Positions 37,151-51,420 of a DNA stretch of 64,000 bases are shown one piece after another. The first letter of the stretch is position 1. Each line of letters starts with the position of its first letter. Source of the stretch: Octopus bimaculoides (Eukaryota); the NCBI RefSeq assembly GCF_001194135.2, contig NC_068983.1, forward strand, positions 49,049,002 through 49,113,001, written 5' to 3'. The notes below the pieces were generated by a model. It ran no database searches and was not told the DNA's origin. It was given only the letters and a program-made list of their open reading frames with translations. The position numbers were made by a program, and so were the translations under genes.

Positions 37151-38774
37151 GGCTGAAGGAAGCATTCAGCATAAAATAGAATATGACAGATGGGTTAATA
37201 ATCCGAAAAATCAGAAACTACTCTAGCAGTATCATATATAAGAAATATAAATATGAAATTCTTAAAGTGATATTTGTTGGTTTCATATAATGGTGGTTTT
37301 ACTCTGAATAAACTGAATATAAAAGAAAAATGTAATATGAATGATGAAATCTCTAAACAATTGTGATAGACCTGTATATTAGAGTGTCAATGATGTAGAA
37401 GAACACCCTTTGAGTTACTATAAAATATATAGATTGCCTCTTCAATAAAAGCCACTTTGACGAAATGACATAAAATGTTTATCAGTTATGAAACTTTCTC
37501 AAGCACTTTGGAAAATCTAGGTAAAAATTATGCAGAAATACAGTCAGTTGTTCATTTTTGAACAGCAAAACTAAAAGATTTTCTTTAGAATATCACTTGT
37601 ATAGAGAGATTGCATGATACAGATAAGATGATTAAAAAACAAAACAAAAATAAGTAGAGAAAACGTCTTTTCTAAGAAGAGGTAGGATGGGAAACGAAAA
37701 GAAAAAAAATATCGAGGTGTATGAGAGTGATTTCTATAGCTTCAAATATTGGCTTACGAATATAAAAGAGATAGAAAAATGGTTGCCAATCAATGAGAAA
37801 TGTAAATTATGATATTAAAAAATATTATTGTCCACAAACTTATGGACAGAATCAAGAAATATATAGATGTGGTACTATGAAATGAGGTAGTCAGCAATTT
37901 TGTTTTTGACATAACTGAGACGGCAATGAATTATATATGCATGTATGCATGTAGGTATGTATATGTGCGTGTGAAGATATATACATACATATATATACAT
38001 ACATACATATATATANNNNNNNNNNNNNNNNNNNNNNNNNNNNNNNNNNNNNNNNNNNNNNNNNNNNNNNNNNNNNNNNNNNNNNNNNNNNNNNNNNNNN
38101 NNNNNNNNNNNNNNNNNNNNNNNNNNNNNNNNNNNNNNNNNNNNNNNNNNNNNNNNNNNNNNNNNNNNNNNNNNNNNNNNNNNNNNNNNNNNNNNNNNNN
38201 NNNNNNNNNNNNNNNNNNNNNNNNNNNNNNNNNNNNNNNNNNNNNNNNNNNNNNNNNNNNNNNNNNNNNNNNNNNNNNNNNNNNNNNNNNNNNNNNNNNN
38301 NNNNNNNNNNNNNNNNNNNNNNNNNNNNNNNNNNNNNNNNNNNNNNNNNNNNNNNNNNNNNNNNNNNNNNNNNNNNNNNNNNNNNNNNNNNNNNNNNNNN
38401 NNNNNNNNNNNNNNNNNNNNNNNNNNNNNNNNNNNNNNNNNNNNNNNNNNNNNNNNNNNNNNNNNNNNNNNNNNNNNNNNNNNNNNNNNNNNNNNNNNNN
38501 NNNNNNNNNNNNNNNNNNNNNNNNNNNNNNNNNNNNNNNNNNNNNNNNNNNNNNNNNNNNNNNNNNNNNNNNNNNNNNNNNNNNNNNNNNNNNNNNNNNN
38601 NNNNNNNNNNNNNNNNNNNNNNNNNNNNNNNNNNNNNNNNNNNNNNNNNNNNNNNNNNNNNNNNNNNNNNNNNNNNNNNNNNNNNNNNNNNNNNNNNNNN
38701 NNNNNNNNNNNNNNNNNNNNNNNNNNNNNNNNNNNNNNNNNNNNNNNNNNNNNNNNNNNNNNNNNNNNNNNNNN

Positions 38775-38817
<43 letters not shown>

Positions 38818-39265
38818 CCCCCAACACACACGCTCACAGAAACAGACACACACATAATCACACATAGCTATACACACACACAGAACACACACAGAACCAC
38901 ACACACATAACTACACACATACACCCACAACCTCCCTCACACAAACACAAAAAACACACACACAAAACTGCCCACATACACACACACATAACCACAAACA
39001 CACAAACATACACACACAACAACCCCCACGCAACCCCACCCCACCCACATACACAGAACGACACACGCACAACCATCCACATACACACACATAACACACA
39101 CACAGAACAACGCACACACATAACCACACATATACCCCACACACAAAATCACACACACACACATAACCACACATGTACCCCCCCTACACACACAGAACCA
39201 CAAACACACACAGAACCACACACACATACAACCACCCACACATAACAACACACACACGCACACAA
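38775..39265. repeat. Long degenerate (CA)n/(CCA/ACA) array
   Basis: Direct inspection. Confidence 0.95.
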
Positions 39266-40399
39266 AATATTAAAACAACAGAAGAGGCATACACGTATGA
39301 ACAAATTAACTTACCATATCTATTTGAAGTAGAAAGGGATTTTATGCAAGATGCATATTTTATTCAGCAAACTAAGTCTTTAACAGTTTTTATTCCCAAC
39401 AGCAGGCCATTTCGTGGTTAATGCATTTGGAAAAATTATGAACATAGAAATTTCCATTACCTGGACTGCTTCACCCATCCACACCCATCGCCATACACAC
39501 CAAAGATATAATAACTTTATAATGAAGCCATTATAATGAAGCTAAATTACTCTCACAATGCCGATGGAGGGATTAATTTAATAAAACAAAATCAACTATA
39601 TAATGGTAAGAGAGTTAAAACTCCGACAGCAAGAAAAATGTTGGTCTTCCATATTTCTGAAAAGAAATATGACGTTAAAAAGAACATTTCGTGAATTCTT
39701 TTATGACTTCATTTTTTTTACAGTTCTCATAAATTTTCTCAATGCATCACCAAATAAAGAAAAAAGGCCAGTGTTATGAGACCTGCAAGTTTCGAGAATC
39801 CATTTTTACATTTTATGACCTGGTTACCAGGTTTTCCATTGTATGGGCAAGTTTCAAAATGTTGCCCTTTTCTGCTGTCTTCACAACCAGAAAGATGTTT
39901 CCGAAAGGATTTGACGAGTTTCTATGACAATTAATCTTTCCTCTACTTCTTTCTTTACTCGCACGCACAGGCATTTTCATAGTATGTGAGTGTTTTAAAT
40001 AAATAATGCGTTTAATACGATGCATTCTATTGTCTTGTGTCCAAAGACAGTACAAGCACAACTTAATATAACTTCGTTGTTTCTCATACAAAGGGAAACT
40101 GTTCGACGGATTGACAGGTGGACAGACAATCGGCGTCAGAAAGACAAACATTCCAATGGGAATAAGGAGATAAGTGAGGGGTGATTTTACGTGGAGGTGG
40201 GGGCGATATAAGTTATAGCAGGAATAAATTTATTGATGGTGATGGCGATAGTGTGCAAAAATATGAAAAAGATGTTCTGATGTTTGTAATAACATTGATG
40301 ATGATAATGGAAAGAGCGACTGAGAAGTCGTTGTTGTTAACGGAGGTGTTGCTGATTGCGAAAATAACAGACAGAGCTGAAAGGATAACGTCGACAGTT

Positions 40400-40665
40400 T
40401 GTGACGGTGATGGAAATAATGATGATGATCATGGTAGTGGTGGTAGTGGTGGTGGTGGTGGTTGCAATGATGATGATGATGGTGATAATGGTGATGATGG
40501 TGATGGTGATGATGATGATGACGATGTTTTTTATGATGAAGTCGATGAGGGTAGTTGTGGTGGTGGTGGTGGTGGTGGTGGTGGTGGTGACCATGATGAC
40601 GATATTGATGATGATATTATGAAGATGAGGATGATGATGATGATGATGACGATGCGCTTATGATG
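40400..40665. repeat. (GAT)n/(GGT)n compound microsatellite
   Basis: Direct inspection; the acidic/Gly 'ORF' at 40181-40663 is compositional. Confidence 0.9.
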
Positions 40666-42013
40666 ACACACTGGTAGTGTTTAGAGATAGTGTATGAGTG
40701 TTTCGATAAGGCTGGACAAGTGATGATGTGACTCGGATCACAAGATGCTGATAAGAATGAATATAAATTGATTTAGTTACAAATGTTGTTGTTGTTGTCG
40801 TTGTGGTGGTGGTGGCGGCGGCAATAATGGTAAACGCGATGCCGATATCATTGATATTAGTGATAGTATTAATACAATGATCATTGCCATTTTCATCACG
40901 TTTTCTTAACTATAATTTCTATCATTGCCATAACTGTCCAATCTCTCCCATCTTGTGCACTCGACTATCTTTCTCATTATCTCTATCATCGCCACTCTCA
41001 TCAACATCGCCACAACCACCGTAGGCAACATCATCTTGATTACATCCTTACATCTATTGGTCGGTCTATATTTCTGAACATTTAATTGTCCATTAATCCA
41101 TCTATCTGTCAACAGACAACGGATTACATCGTTTTACTAATGAGACTCCAGAGGATCTTCAGACGAATCAAAACGTCTATTATTGAACTCTTTTTTCCAA
41201 AAATGATATTGATACTCAGACCAAATAATTTTGTAATTCTAAGCAGCCTAATAATGTGCTTGTGACGCCAAATCAGACTCACCACCCCAAGCTGCTCTTG
41301 CGGCAAAATTTTGAAATAATGATAATTATTATTATTATTAACTTAGTCGTTGTTGTTGTTGTAGTTGTTGTTGTAGTTGTCGTTTCTGTGGTAGTGGTCG
41401 CTGTTAATGTTGTTGTTGCTTTTCTAATTCGAATGGTTTCAATTGTGTTTCCTGTCTAAACCACATGACCATTTGGAAACCTCTCTGCTTTTGTTACATG
41501 TAAGGTTTTACTTTTTACTTTCTCTCTTCCATTGTGGTGTCGGTAATCTGCTTAGAACATCTGCCATGACCTGCAGTTCTTCTCCGTATGTTTTTTGTTC
41601 TAGTAAGTTCCAAAGATTTAGTTTTTTTTTTACAGAATGTATTTTCTCCAGAATTTGCGAGAAACTTATTCTTTTAGGCTTTCTTCACTTATGTCAATGC
41701 CCAAAACCTGACCATTTTTTTGGCAGATGTCTTTTGTTGATAAATTCATCGGCTTCATGTACAGATATATTACTTTCTGGCAAGAATGATACTTTATCTT
41801 GGTGACACAAGAAATGTTGCCGATTGATGTAAGCAATATCCTTTCCTTTATATGCCTGATCTCCAGCTGAGTCAAATGGCATATTGAAGAATATCGCACT
41901 TCCTTTATTACCTGCTAGTTTATATCACCATTTTTCTTTCCATTTCCAAATACTAGTACGTGGTTAAGAGTAGATTACCTGAGAAAATGCCATCTATTAC
42001 CTCTTTCCAGTCT

Positions 42014-42057
<44 letters not shown>

Positions 42058-43659
42058 TATATGTAATATGATATAATGAAACAACGTTTGTGTGTGTGTG
42101 CGTATGTTGCTTATGGATTCAAAAACTGAGTCGCCCATTGAAGTATGTTTTTTGTACAACTCTTTTTCACTATAAGTAATCTCGAAAAAGGCGTCAGGTC
42201 GCACAAATTTTAGGTCTCTAGGTGAGGGAGACAACTCTGCCTCCACAATATTTATACCTTATATAGAGTATAAGGAAAATATGCTTAAAATACATGGAGT
42301 TTTACCAGGGAATGAAACTTCGATGATATACCGTCAACTTTAATAGTATTATTTAAGAGATAATCTTTCAATGAGAAATATGGCGTCATTTCAGATAATT
42401 ATAGTAATAAATTATAAATAGTTAGCACTGGAAACATTTTTGTGTATAACTTTACGTTTGAATGTACGCTTGCTTCAGTATTAACTCATGGGATCATATT
42501 TTGTTTTTATACAACGATACGCCTGTCCTGTTTCGGAACGCTATTCTGTGTACGAGTTTAGAAGCATTTACGATATTCATTGCTACTGTTCTCATTCTTT
42601 TTGTGTCGAGCATTTTTATTTACTCCTAAGTTCATTAATTCCTAGATATTTTAAGAATTATTGGTTCAGCTAATTCTTTTAAGGTTGATTTCGCACATTT
42701 TGCACAATCAGTTCATTCAATGTCTACACCAATGTTTCCCGTTGATTTATTATATGAACTGTACAAGTTAGTAACCTATACAATACGGTTGCTTTCCGTG
42801 CACACTTGTGCTTAACATGGTAAAGATGTGAACGCAAGACAAAGGACATAGACCAAACACTTCCTTCGAATGCGCCATTTTCAATAGGGATTGGATTGAT
42901 TCTCGTAATTCTTTCTTTAATTTGAATTGAATTTGTCTAATTTCTACTGCTTATTGTTATTAGTGGTTTAATTTATCTCGTTGCTATTGTCTCTACATTT
43001 CTTATGGCTATTGTTTCTAGAATTCCCGCGTGGAGAAAACTGCAAAAAGATTTGTGTTAGTCGAACTATGCCATGCCTAAACTGACGTTTCTCAATATAC
43101 AGTCTTCGGATAATGTTCTTAAATATTAATCAATCACCGAAAACAATATCAATCGTTGCTGCATTCCTTCTGTTCTTAATTTGTTTTCTTTTAAAAAATT
43201 TAGCTTTAGAAATTTATCCATCGGTGAGAGTAGAGTACTAGTATGCAAGCATTTTAGGTTGTAATCATTGCCGAATTTTATTCATTCATCTTGTGAATAC
43301 TATTCTCCCAGTAATATTCCATCAAACTCTACTCCACTCATGATAAAGTTATTGAATTACATTAAGTATCAAGAAATGGTGATATTTGACTAATATAATA
43401 TAAACAACGAAATGCTAAAACGTTACGGCTAACGCAAATATACCCTACATTCAAAACAAATGTCGTTTTCAAACACAATTTGTGATAAACGGCTTTTATA
43501 TTATTGCTACTACTACTATTATTATTGTTGTTGTGGTGGTGGTTTAGACGAGAGAGAGGGAATGAGAGAGAGAGAGAGAAAGTAAAGACAGAGCAAGAAG
43601 GAGAGAAATAAAACTATACGATCAGCTGAATCAACCAGAGTACAGAATGGTTTTAAATT

Positions 43660-43830
43660 TTGGCACAAAGCCAGTAATTTTAAAGGGAGGAGCTAAGTCG
43701 ATTAGATCGATCCTAGTGCTCAGCAGACACTTATAAAGTCGATCCCCGAAAGGATGAAAGGCAAAATCAAACCTCGGCGGAAGTTGAACTCTAAATGTAA
43801 TGAGTCGGATGAAATGCCGAACAAGTGCAG
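43660..43830 (-). mobile_element. SINE family A, degraded
   Basis: GGCACAAAGCC..., CCCCGAAAGGATGAAAGGCAAAATCAAACCTCGGCGGAAGTTGAACTC. Confidence 0.8.
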
Positions 43831-44787
43831 ATAACTCTTTTTATTTCATGAATAGCGGAGTGATTCTATATAGGATTTCGAATTTATAGATAGCAAAATT
43901 AAATTTGGGTTTCCCTAATCAGTGGACTTTGGACCATTGTTCAGGCCATGAATCATTTGGTTACGAGCAGCACAGAAGGAATAAATTTATGAATTCTATT
44001 TCTTCCTTGTTGACTATTTCAGTCAGTTTGTGTATGCATCACGTTCATATGTTTTGTATATATGCAAAAATAATAAAATTGTATTTTATGCACTTTATTG
44101 TGTTGTGTTTTGCTCGTTTTTCCGTGGTCAGTGGAGAAATCGCCATGCATAAAATAGGGCCTTGGGTATGACTACCCTACACTTTCAAGTTATCGCCATA
44201 TATAACACTCACCCAATGGCCATGGCGTTGACATCAACAGCAGCATCAGCAACAACAGTAACAATGACAAAAATAAAAATACCAAGAACAAGAATACGAA
44301 CAATAATATATATTTAAATGTGAGTTAATTATTGTATGAAACCTTAAATCTAAAAAAGAATTAAAACATTCAGAATACAAAGAGCATTTGACAATAATTG
44401 AAGTGTAAAGCTTTTCCTTTCTTCTCACATTTTTCTTTTCAAACCATTATTGTATTCCATATATTTTCTACTGATTTTGATCTCTCTATTGTTCCCTACT
44501 TAAAAATTTCAATGTATTTTTTTAAAAATATATTTTCATACCTCGTCTTCGTCATTTTCGCATTCTGATTGTCATTGATTCATATGGACAAGTGTTTAAT
44601 GGTTCGTTAGCAATAACTATTCTATTATTTATTCATTTTTATCTATTTATTATCATCACCATTATTATTGTTATTATTATTTTCTTTTTTTTTTGGGGGG
44701 GGGAATTGAGAAATTTGTCACTAATTAAATAATAGAAAGGAACAAAAGCCTTGATTCGCGTCCATTGGTATGTTTATATTATATGTG

Positions 44788-44832
<45 letters not shown>

Positions 44833-45639
44833 NNNNNNNNNNNNNNNNNNNNNNNNNNNNNNNNNNNNNNNNNNNNNNNNNNNNNNNNNNNNNNNNNNNN
44901 NNNNNNNNNNNNNNNNNNNNNNNNNNNNNNNNNNNNNNNNNNNTATATATATATATATATGCATGTGTGTGTTTTACTGGTGTGTAGAAGAAGGCGTGTT
45001 TGTATTTGTCGTATTTGTTATTGGTGTTTTAGTTGTAGCTATTAGTTAATTAACCATATTTTGTGTCTTCTTTTTCTTCATTTTCCTTCATTAAAGTATA
45101 TGACATAAAACTATATGAACACATATTGGCTTCTTTATCACAATTTCAGCTCTAAAAGTAGAGTAAACAATTTCCAAAGTAACGTTTCCTTTCTTTATTC
45201 TTGTGGTCGTTGTTGCTATTCTAGTTTGTTGTTGTTGTTGTTGTTGATCATCCTCCACCTCCTCCTCCTCATCATCATCATCTACTTCTTTTCCCATTTC
45301 TGGTCTTTATTCTAATACAGTTGTTGCTGATCTTTGTTGTGTATTTAACCTTTTGTTTCTCTTTTCGTTTAGACCATATTTATTGTTGAAATATCAACTC
45401 TAGCTTTATAACAAATAGTTTGAATGGAGAAGGAAGACAGAACTATCAACTAAAGAACACTGAATTACAAGTTATGAGCAAGAGATGCAAACTAAATTTA
45501 TAAGCGACCTCGCTATAAATTCAGTAGTTTTATGAATGTTTGTAGTCCAGTGTTTAGTTATTCGAAAGACATCTAATAGTAAAAAGACAATTACAGTCAG
45601 AATCATTCAACGAAGAGAGGATATTTACACCGGATATTT

Positions 45640-46080
45640 GACTGTGGCGATATGGGTACATGAAGAGAGGTCGTGCTCAGGTGACTAGGAAACCACGTTT
45701 TTGCATGGTGGTACATTCTGAAGACCTACCGATAGAAGGGATAAACATCGCTCGCTTACCTTCACCTAACTAAAATACCGTGCTCACTATATTCTTGTCT
45801 GTGATAAAAAGAAGCAAGAACTTATGTAATTGATGTTATTTTACCTTCAGAAATATCAAGACAATGGTATGTGAAACAATATACAGAAGACCCGATCGAA
45901 GAAGCATTACGCATTATGGCATAAATATTGCTGTAGTCTCAAAGGCAATACTGAGGCATCAAGGGAGACTACAAAGCAAAACTATATATTCTCTTGACTA
46001 AGAAATATTTGTAAGGTGTTGAAGGAAACTGGTGTTGGCCTAAAAATCGTGAACATTCTTGCTATCGCCTGTTGCCAATA
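45640..46080 (+). mobile_element. RTE-clade LINE relic (5' region and start of the APE endonuclease)
   Basis: RPDRR then HYGINIAVVSKAILRHQGRLQ..IY and GVGLKI (cf. RPERRT..RYNIDIAALSETRL..G.L...GYTFF..GVGFAI). Confidence 0.55.
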
Positions 46081-48103
46081 AATAAGCCCCTAATAATTTC
46101 TTGCCACGTTCTACATTCTCGCTCATGCAAATAATATGTGAGATATATATATATTTTGAGGAGTGCTCACTTCGGCAACTGCTTTTCAACGCAACACAGT
46201 TCCTCGTTTACGCACACAGTAGCGCAGTTGTTACAAGCAAGGTGAGTAGGTAGACAAAATGAGCACGAAACGAAATGAGCAGAGAGGGAAAATTCCTGAC
46301 GTAGAAAGTTAGTCGGGAAAGAATTTATAGCGACATATTGAGGACATACTAGGTTAACATATATGTCAGGCGCTATAGGGTTGATAGCTATTAGTGCGAT
46401 TTCAATGCTTGTAAGCTGGATTTTTTAGTGAATGCTATTTACACATACACCAATATTTACTGGAAATAGCAGTCGATAATATATGATGTTGTAGTAAAGC
46501 TTCAGTATATATATATATATATAGATAGATAGATAGATATGCAGGGCAGGGAATCGTCAATTAGTAATAAAATTAATAATTAACAATTTTGCCGGGTAGC
46601 TCAGTATGAAAAATCCTTTTCGGTAAAATCATTTATAATCATAAATATATAGGGATTGACAGTAACCTGCTTCTCCAACATACTGAGAATTCAGAAATAG
46701 CAGCCAAAGAACTACTGATTCCCAAACTACAAATTTTACTCTAAATTGATAGCAATATTTTTGATACACACAGAACAAAAAACAGTAGAGAAGAGTAAAA
46801 AAAAAGGCAAGTGGTTTTTTTACTCTTCTNNNNNNNNNNNNNNNNNNNNNNNNNNNNNNNNNNNNNNNNNNNNNNNNNNNNNNNNNNNNNNNNNNNNNNN
46901 NNNNNNNNNNNNNNNNNNNNNNNNNNNNNNNNNNNNNNNNNNNNNNNNNNNNNNNNNNNNNNNNNNNNNNNNNNNNNNNNNNNNNNNNNNNNNNNNNNNN
47001 NNNNNNNNNNNNNNNNNNNNNNNNNNNNNNNNNNNNNNNNNNNNNNNNNNNNNNNNNNNNNNNNNNNNNNNNNNNNNNNNNNNNNNNNNNNNNNNNNNNN
47101 NNNNNNNNNNNNNNNNNNNNNNNNNNNNNNNNNNNNNNNNNNNNNNNNNNNNNNNNNNNNNNNNNNNNNNNNNNNNNNNNNNNNNNNNNNNNNNNNNNNN
47201 NNNNNNNNNNNNNNNNNNNNNNNNNNNNNNNNNNNNNNNNNNNNNNNNNNNNNNNNNNNNNNNNNNNNNNNNNNNNNNNNNNNNNNNNNNNNNNNNNNNN
47301 NNNNNNNNNNNNNNNNNNNNNNNNNNNNNNNNNNNNNNNNNNNNNNNNNNNNNNNNNNNNNNNNNNNNNNNNNNNNNNNNNNNNNNNNNNNNNNNNNNNN
47401 NNNNNNNNNNNNNNNNNNNNNNNNNNNNNNNNNNNNNNNNNNNNNNNNNNNNNNNNNNNNNNNNNNNNNNNNNNNNNNNNNNNNNNNNNNNNNNNNNNNN
47501 NNNNNNNNNNNNNNNNNNNNNNNNNNNNNNNNNNNNNNNNNNNNNNNNNNNNNNNNNNNNNNNNNNNNNNNNNNNNNNNNNNNNNNNNNNNNNNNNNNNN
47601 NNNNNNNNNNNNNNNNNNNNNNNNNNNNNNNNNNNNNNNNNNNNNNNNNNNNNNNNNNNNNNNNNNNNNNNNNNNNNNNNNNNNNNNNNNNNNNNNNNNN
47701 NNNNNNNNNNNNNNNNNNNNNNNNNNNNNNNNNNNNNNNNNNNNNNNNNNNNNNNNNNNNNNNNNNNNNNNNNNNNNNNNNNNNNNNNNNNNNNNNNNNN
47801 NNNNACACACACACACACATATGTATATATATATGTATGTATTATCGTGTAACTTTAAGATACATACGCACACGTGAATACACACACACATGCATGTATG
47901 TGCACGCATGCACACACACACACACACATATGTATATATATATGTGCATGTGTAAGTGTATGATTGTGTGAGTATGCGAAGATAAAAAAATAGCTGTCTG
48001 TACAAACTCATACACACGTACACGATTAAACACACACGCACGCATGCCCCGCACACATATGTATGCATGTATGTACAAATAGTTATCTATCCATCTGCTT
48101 ATC

Positions 48104-48107
<4 letters not shown>

Positions 48108-48179
<72 letters not shown>

Positions 48180-48195
48180 TGTGTGTGTGTGTGTT
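48108..48195. repeat. (TG)n microsatellite
   Basis: Direct inspection. Confidence 0.97.
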
Positions 48196-48379
48196 TGTTA
48201 GAATAGAAGTCCGTAACATTTTAAAAATAAAATGGTAGAACGAAATTTAAATATTTGTACATAGCTTTATTCACTCGTATACGTCCCATTCTGTGCCATT
48301 ACGTTTCCTTATCTTTTAGGCAGCTTCATGAGCCATCCACTCACAATTGAAGATCTTTATGTCATGAACTGATCTCAGT

Positions 48380-48860
48380 GGTTTCAGCATTTTTCCGAAG
48401 GACTACATTTCTTCTGAGGAAATGGATCTTGTGGGAAAATAAATAAATCGTAAACCGATGGTGAAGGGACGCTTGAACACGGTTGCTGTGATAGGATATC
48501 TCAAGCAAGCTGTTTCTGCCGAGTCTGCAAAGAAATGTGACGACCCAATTCAATTGGCGAAATCTCAATTTGTTTCATCAACTACCGTCTTAATATGTCT
48601 AATTGGGAACAATGATTGCTTGAGTTCATCGTCTGATTTCGCGGAAGAAGCTTGTAATATCTAATTTCCTTCGAATCCCGACGAAATGCAGAACGTAATT
48701 CTTGACTAACTAACTTTTAGAGTAATTGAAGTTGCTTTATTTTGATATCTCGAGGACATTCTCCGCTTCACATTCTTGTAAACTATCAATTTTTCGACAT
48801 CTATGATCATGGTTTTCAAAAATGTGTCGCTTTTTGTTGCGTTTGAGTAAGAAGCGCAAA
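48380..48860 (-). mobile_element. Mariner transposase pseudogene fragment
   Basis: RRDSKEIRYYKLLPRNQTMNSSNHCSQLDIL...HISLQTRQKQL..DILSQQPCS (cf. WWDFKGILYFELLPRNQTINS..YC.QLD..PHTSLQTRQKL..WDVLPHPPYS). Confidence 0.75.
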
Positions 48861-48987
48861 TGAAAGCGGTCCCTTAAATTTTACCCCCACTAAATTAAGA
48901 AACATTCAAACTTAACGATTCCTCTATTCAAGTGACTTGGAATGCCTTCTTAGGTGTATGGATCATCTCTGCTATACCTGATGTAGT

Positions 48988-49372
48988 GGCGGCGCAATGG
49001 CCCAGTGGTTAGGGCAACGGATTCGCGGTCATAGGATCGCGGTTTCGATTCTCAGACCGGGCCTTGTGAGTGTTTATTGAGCGAAAGCACCTAAAGCTCC
49101 ACGAGGCTCCGACAAGGGATGGTGGCGAACCCTGCTGTACTCGTTCACCACAACTTTCTCTCACTCTTACATCCTGTTTCTGTTGTGCCTGTAATTCAAA
49201 GGGTCAGCTTTGTCACACTCTGTGTCACGCTGATTCTCCCCGAGAACTATGTTAAGGGTACACGTGTCTGTGGAGTGCTCAGCCACTTGCACGTTAATTC
49301 CACGAGCAGGCTGTTCCGTTGATCGGATCAACTGGAACCCTCGACGTCATAATCGACGGAGTGCCAACAACA
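48988..49372 (+). mobile_element. SINE family C, full length, 12-bp TSD
   Basis: A box TGGCCCAGTGG, B box GGTTTCGATTC, (CAA)n tail; TSD ACCTGATGTAGT at 48976-48987 and 49373-49384. Confidence 0.95.
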
Positions 49373-50559
49373 ACCTGATGTAGTATGTCCTCGTTTCGTT
49401 TGTTTTTGATTTGGTCATCATTTAACGACTATGTGCTGAGTGTTCACTTTCATTCCAACTCAAAAATGATTCCTAACTAAGCCGAACAAGTGATTTACGA
49501 ACGATTCTCTCAGCTATTGCCCTATTTCCATAAATTCCTTACGTCTTTTTGTTTTTGCGTTTCGTACAGTATTTTTCTTTACATTTTCATAAATATAAAA
49601 AGCATCAAAGGACTAAAATGTGTTTCATTTTCTTCCATCTTGAATTTTAATGCAAAAAAAAAAAAAAAACTGTAGAAATAAACTTCCCTCACAGTAATTG
49701 TATAAAAAGCATGTTAATATGTTCCATTTTAGAAAATATATGTCTTAAATGCTACCAATTCGAAAATAGTAAGCATTTTTTGCCCAGCAATATATATATA
49801 TGTGTGTGTATATGCGTATACACGCGTCTGTGCGTGTGTGTGTGAGAGTGTGTGATCTACATAACGGGAGATTCTGTATATGAATGAGTGCTTCCAAGAA
49901 TGTGTTAGTTTTTCACTCTCTTGTAAAATATATTTTCAGATTCCAATGAACCAATGAACAATGGAACCTCTGCACTGTAGCACACAGATGTTATCGTTTA
50001 ATTAAGATGTTTAATTGTTGTGTCAGAGAAAATATATTTAATCTCAAGTGATAAATTATAAATAAAAACGAAAAATAATTACAAAATTTGAAATCTGAAC
50101 TCTAAAGAAATTAATTTCACTGTTTAAATTTTCTTATAATTTTATTGATATTTCCGACGGAATTTAATTCTATATTTTTTATATTCATTTACATGGAAAT
50201 ACATATGTTATGAATGAAAGAATTACCATGATGCCCGGAGAATTAAAGGATGTGGGGGTGGAATATACAGTGAGAGCCAAAAATACATTAAACAATAAAT
50301 ATATATGTATCTGTAAATTTGATAAATTAAATTAATAATTCTCGTTGATAAGTATATTGGGTGAAATATATTATGGGTTCATCTGTAAACATTGGAAAGA
50401 AAATTAGAAAAATCATAAGAAATGATCTGATAAATTTCAGAATTGTAAAAAACAAACAAAAACAAAATGACGGAGAAGAAGAAGAAGAAGAAGAAGAAGA
50501 AGAAGAATTGATAGAACATGTGAAAAATTAGTTGTTTGTATGTTGCAGACGACAAGGGC

Positions 50560-50770
50560 GGCCATCTTGCCGAAACGTTAGCACGCAGTGCAAAATGCTT
50601 AGCGGCGTTTCGCCCATCATTACGTTTACGTTCTGAATTTCAATTCCATCGTGTTCGATTTTGACTTTCACCGTTCCGGAGACAATAAATAAGTACCATT
50701 TGAGCACTGGAGTCGATGTAATCGACTTACTCCCTACCCCGAAATTTCTAGCGTTGTGCCAGAATTTAAA
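50560..50770 (+). mobile_element. SINE family A
   Basis: GGCGGCCATCTTGCCGAAACGTTAGCACGC..AAATGCTTAGCGG..TTCTGAATTTCAATTCC..AATAAGTACCA. Confidence 0.8.
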
Positions 50771-50889
50771 GGCAGCACGTTGGAGACGGCAACCAATCTT
50801 CTTATGAAACACTCAAAATTGTTTCCATTCATTTTTATCCTGCCGATGCTATCTCTCGTTGACAAATTCTGACATGAAGATATCTTTTT

Positions 50890-51170
50890 TATTTTTTCCT
50901 ATTACTTGTTTCAGTCTTTTGACTTCGGCCATGCTGGGGCACCACCTTCAAGAGTTTTTAGTCGAAGAAATCGAACGCAGGGCTTTTGTTTTAAAGCCTG
51001 GCAGTTATTCTATTGGATACTTTTGTCAGTTTTCGACTACCGAATGTACTGACAAGTCCTTCGTCGGCCCGAGACAATATTAGAAGATACTTGTCCACAG
51101 TGCCACGCAAAGGGACCAAACCCGGAACCATGGGATTCGGGAGCAAGCTTCATACCGCACAACCACAGCA
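50890..51170 (-). mobile_element. SINE family B, internally deleted or degraded
   Basis: Reverse-complement matches to the B tail (CTTGTTTCAGTC..TGACT.CGGCCATGCTGG) and head (GGTCGGCCCGAG..CCCGGAACCATG). Confidence 0.75.
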
Positions 51171-51249
51171 GTATTTCCATATGCTAAGATGTAGGATTTG
51201 AACTCTGCACGGGAAAGATGGTAGCAGAAAATTCTTTCAAATATTGGCT

Positions 51250-51420
51250 AAACGTTAGAAATTTTAGAAAGGCAAATGCATGTGGACCCCAATACATGAC
51301 TGGTACTTTATTTCATCGAATCCAAAAGGACGAAAGACAAAGTTGACATGAGCGGGATTTGAAACAAGAATATAATGAATCGAAATAAGTCTAAGTAGAC
51401 ATTTTGCTTGACACGTCAGC
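51250..51420 (-). mobile_element. SINE family A, degraded
   Basis: CTGGTACTTTATTTCATCGAATCCAAAAGGACGAAAGACAAAGTTGAC..GGATTTGAAAC. Confidence 0.7.

Noticed and set aside
41500-42250. Protein-like minus-strand frames (MPFDSAG...; ADVLSRLP; DLKFVRPDAFFEITY)
   Set aside because: They show only faint similarity to Gypsy RT/RNase H or to an exon, with no consistent frame or donor; too weak to call.
45851-45866. 16-nt micro-exon between TTTTACCTTCAG and GTATGT
   Set aside because: It lies within the RTE relic (the degenerate WNVRTL region) and would shift the frame.
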